From Amphiscolops sp. MND2022 (taxonomy: Eukaryota), in contig OZ076410.1 in assembly GCA_964187785.1 (NCBI GenBank), forward strand, positions 62,744,001 to 62,808,000: 64,000 bases of DNA, written 5' to 3'. Both the position numbers and the translations under genes were made by a program. Within the stretch, counting starts at the first letter, position 1. Every line of letters begins with the position of its first letter. The notes beneath the pieces are model-generated. The model did not search any database and was not told the origin of the DNA. It saw only the letters and a list, made by a program, of their open reading frames with translations. This document shows, piece by piece, positions 60,308-64,000 of the stretch.

Positions 60308-61559
60308 CACCAAAACCTGCGGAATGACGACCAGTATGAGGCTACACATCACATCACTGTACCGATCGAGACACAGCATCTGTTGCTTTAGGCCCTTATA
60401 CAATCATGAAATTGCCTTCTCCTGCTGAACTTCCTTGCTCCTCCTCGCTGTCTCCTCTTTAGACATTTTTTTCCTGTCCTCTCCTGCCCACAGACTCAAT
60501 TTCACTCTCGAAAACACCCAATTAACTGGATTGCGGGAAACGTACGGTATCGTCGTCCAAATAATCAGCCATTTTTTCAACAAGCAATCGGAATGGATAC
60601 CTTCGAACTAATATCAAACGACCACGTGGCGTAAAACCAAAGAAACTACTAACATGAAGGTAAAGACGTAATGGATTTTGCTCCGTCTGCCAGCAGAACG
60701 CTTTCCTCCAACCACGCAAGCGCCGTGAACACGAATAAAGGAATAGCAATTATCACTCCAATAATCAGCTATCTCCAAAACAGTTGGGTAATTCGACTAA
60801 CTTTTATTCAATGTATTTCAAAAAAAGAGTGTTGAACTCAAAATTCAATACATCAAACGTTTTTCCTCTTGGATCGCGAGAAAGATCTACTTACATCTGC
60901 CTCAGGCGCAACTAACTCCTATGATTACGACCAGCAGCGACAATGACTTACCACCGACAGTGATTGAAGACCTGTATGAAAGTGTCAAGACTTAAGACAG
61001 GCACTTTTTGTTACATCAAAAAACAGCCCAAGAATCACAACTCTTAACAACACAGGAGGACATTTCAACCATCAGGAGATTCACATAGCCTGGTGATACC
61101 GGACGATGACCTAAGGAGCCCGCCCAGGAAAACACTGATATAACTAGCTTGTTTTTTCGTCCCAATTATGGGACAATTAGTAGCCCTATGTCCTGCTACA
61201 ACAGCTCAATCGGATACTACTCAGGCAGTGATTCATTGTGGCTCTCCTACAATTTAGTGACTCGCTGCTACTTCCCTGACAGGGCAACTGTCAAGACTGT
61301 CGCTGCCCCCGCTAAGCTGTGAGGAACAAAGCGACATGAGATGATCCCAGCTAAATACCCGAAATTGCTCAAGAACAATTCTAAAATCCGTACAAAACCT
61401 GCAATTAACACCAAACAGACATCTGCTGAAGTACCTAACTGTCTATGTAAATTGACTTTTACGTGGAAATAAGTTTGATGTGCATTTAGTAAAAACTTAC
61501 ATATGTAAACTTTAAAGAATTAGAGTAAGAATAGTTTTTGGGCAGTTTATTTCCCGTCA

Positions 61560-62880
61560 TACAACCAGCGCGTTGGCTGAGTTTGATCAGTGAGCGCGTT
61601 GACTAGAGAGCTGCTGCAGCTGTTTTTGTTAGCAATGGAAGTCCTAGTTGGTTAAATTATTAGCCAACTACAGCGGATCGCAATAATTCTTAGTTGAATA
61701 AGTACCTGTCCCAGGCAGCCTACCACTCACCTAGGTTTGAGTCAACGGCTCAGTGAACCGACAAAACTAGCTAACAACTTAATACCGTTTAACCAAAAAA
61801 TAGTGCAATAGTCCAACCAATCCACGGTTTTGAAGAAGCCTAAAATAGGGATAGGATAAGAATAGAAGAAGTAAGTATCGATGTTGTTGGCCCATCATTG
61901 GGTTTCTCGATGGAGCTAAAGATTAGTACTTTAAATTGTCGTTGCTCATTATTCACATGAATTAATCAGTGATATCATTCGTTCTAATAGAGTGATGTTT
62001 TGTTTCAAATGATCTGACTCACCTTAGTGAACCGTTCTGTTGCCTTAAGTTGAACTTGTTGCCTGGAGCTTGACCAAGATTTTTTGCTCAGTTTTCCTCG
62101 ACAAACGCTTTTTGTTGTGTTTTCATTCTCTAGTTCATCAATAGTGCTAATATTTTGTATTTTATACATTTTACTAATCGAATTGTTATGATTCCCTATT
62201 ATTTTTAAGGCAAATATCATTTCTTTTGCAGCGTGGGTAGCTAGTTTCTTGATTTTCTAGTGCCACTTTCAGTTTTGGCGTCCTGAATTGGCGGAGAATG
62301 AGGAGACCGAAACACGGAAATGAGATTCTTACTTTCCCTAATCTGAGATGACGCTTAAAGCCGAAACCCAAGGAAGAATACCTCATTTGGGTTACTTCAT
62401 CTCGGAAGGTCGCCGAGCTGAAGAGGATGTGTGAAGTTCAAACGCGGGAGCTCTCCTGCGTACATAGTGCAAAGTATAAATACCTGAGGCGGGACTGGGA
62501 AACGCAACTATGCTCTCCATTTAACTTATAGCAGTACTGATTTTGTATCAAGTCTTAGTTAAGAATTTCCTCACTTAGTATTTCAATATCACTTCATTTA
62601 TTTGAGTTGCACGGTTATTTGTTCCTTTGTGATAACATTTTCCTGATTCAACAAATTAAAGAAAATACTTGGCAGAAAAACCCCAAATCCTTAACCAGGA
62701 TTAGGAGTTTGTAAGAACCAATGGGTTTTTTATTACCCTGTCATAAACGTTTTCCTGAGAACTATGCCCGAGAAGAAAGTCAGAAGACATTGAGGAGAGA
62801 TTCTCTAGAAGAAGGCAGGATTAAACGTAGACATCAGTGATCCCCAAACAGTTGACAATTCGCGGCTGTCTTACAGGGAT
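61560..62880 (-). repeat. Diverged second copy of the 42660-44030 repeat (possible LINE 5' region)
   Basis: Colinear shared blocks with 42660-44030, listed under that feature. Confidence 0.6.
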
Positions 62881-63724
62881 TCTGACAATTGTTAGAATAA
62901 ATCTGGAAAAAGCGCTTAGTGCTAAAAATTGTTAAGGGGGCCTTTGGTCTCCTGTCTACTTCCGCAATTTTCATTTTTTGTTCAGTGCGAAACTCGAACC
63001 CACGTACCCTGTTTGTTAAATTGCGGGCGTTGCGCGTTAGCCACTAGGCCACATGAATGACTGACTTTGCAAAAATAAAGAATTTTTACTAGGCATTTCA
63101 GGTGCATCGGATGAACGAAACTAACGAAAAACCATCTCTAAAGAAAAGCGCCGACTGAAAGTCATTGGTTGATGTTAATTGAGGAAATTTAGTATCAGAC
63201 AAAAAATCGAACTTTGCAACCGTCTCGTAGTGCCGTAGAATGTAAAAAAGATAGAGCCTTTGGGCTTTCTAATATCCAACATGTTGCAAAATATCAAAAC
63301 AATTAGAGGTGGACTGTTCGGAGACATTTTAGAAATAAAGTTTAGAATTTCGACGCATTCGCAAGTGTCTTAAAAAACGTATGATTGTAGTAAGCTGGCT
63401 TTTTTCTTCTCAACGTGTCGATTGAAAACTGAGGAGTGGTTAAAGAAACGAGCCTGGCCAATGCAATATAAGAGATGAGGTAATTCATAGCTCCTTGGAA
63501 CAATCTCTCAGGACATGACACTCCTTTAGAAGTTCTCCAAGGAGCGTTCAATGAAACAAAATTTCCTTGCAAGATCTTGTCAGGAAAACAATTTACAATA
63601 AATGCGTTTTTTGCAAGAGCCTCGCCAGATCCTCGCTAAAAATGCAGGTTGTCAATCAGTGTTGTCTTTCACATAGTTACCACTAATCCTTATTAGATGT
63701 CCTAACTTTGGTCTCGCTATTTTT

Positions 63725-63765
63725 TGTCGGTGCTTTTCTTGAGAAAATGGCCCGACAATTACAGT
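63725..63765 (-). mobile_element. 3' hairpin end of a diverged HINE-like element (another 3'-end remnant at ~63135-63150, plus strand)
   Basis: gtcggtgcttttcttgagaaaatggcccgacaattacagt matches gtcggcgcttttcttaagaaaagagcccgactattacagt at 7977. Confidence 0.6.
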
Positions 63766-64000
63766 TGCTAGTTTCTAGTGGGCTCTTTTCTAGTGATGAT
63801 TTAACTCAAATCACTATTTTGGGGTCTATTGAATTTTCTCTGCTATAGTGATTGCTGTTACATTGTTTAAATTCCCTTTTGGAAAACTTTGACGTATTTT
63901 CTGACTAATTTCAGCTTTGGGGTTCCGTTGCAGACCGTCTGACCGGAGGCACACTTTTCAGTTTAACTCTACTTTGTGTTTCTAGTGCAGTCTCGCGGAC

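Overview
Repeat-dense, AT-rich eukaryotic genomic DNA with spliceosomal-type splice signals and two N-gaps. It is essentially a nest of mobile elements; I found no recognisable host housekeeping gene, tRNA, rRNA or CRISPR array. Main components: (1) a decayed, roughly 12-13 kb multi-gene Helitron-like rolling-circle element (~5.8-18.9 kb). It carries an SGNH-hydrolase-like ORF, a ~2,350-codon RepHel (HUH Rep + Pif1 helicase) with a C-terminal GIY-YIG nuclease, a Cys-rich companion ORF, and arrays of a TCGACG-NNN-AGCGTGG motif after each gene. (2) Two degenerate Ty3/Gypsy retrotransposons (~19-28 kb minus; ~49.3-54 kb plus) with unexplained ORFs 3' of integrase. (3) Many non-autonomous elements: DINE-1/HINE-like rolling-circle elements, a Tc1/mariner-like MITE and CCCAG-ended CMC-like elements. 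(4) Tandem duplications with 728 bp and ~2.25 kb periods. (5) The only long intact ORF, a zinc-finger tyrosine recombinase at 57412-59553. It has a 5'UTR intron, retains R/K/R/H/Y catalytic positions, and is bracketed by inverted arrays of a 16-20 bp motif, suggesting an uncharacterised single-gene YR DNA transposon. All family assignments come from motif recognition by eye; no database searches were run.
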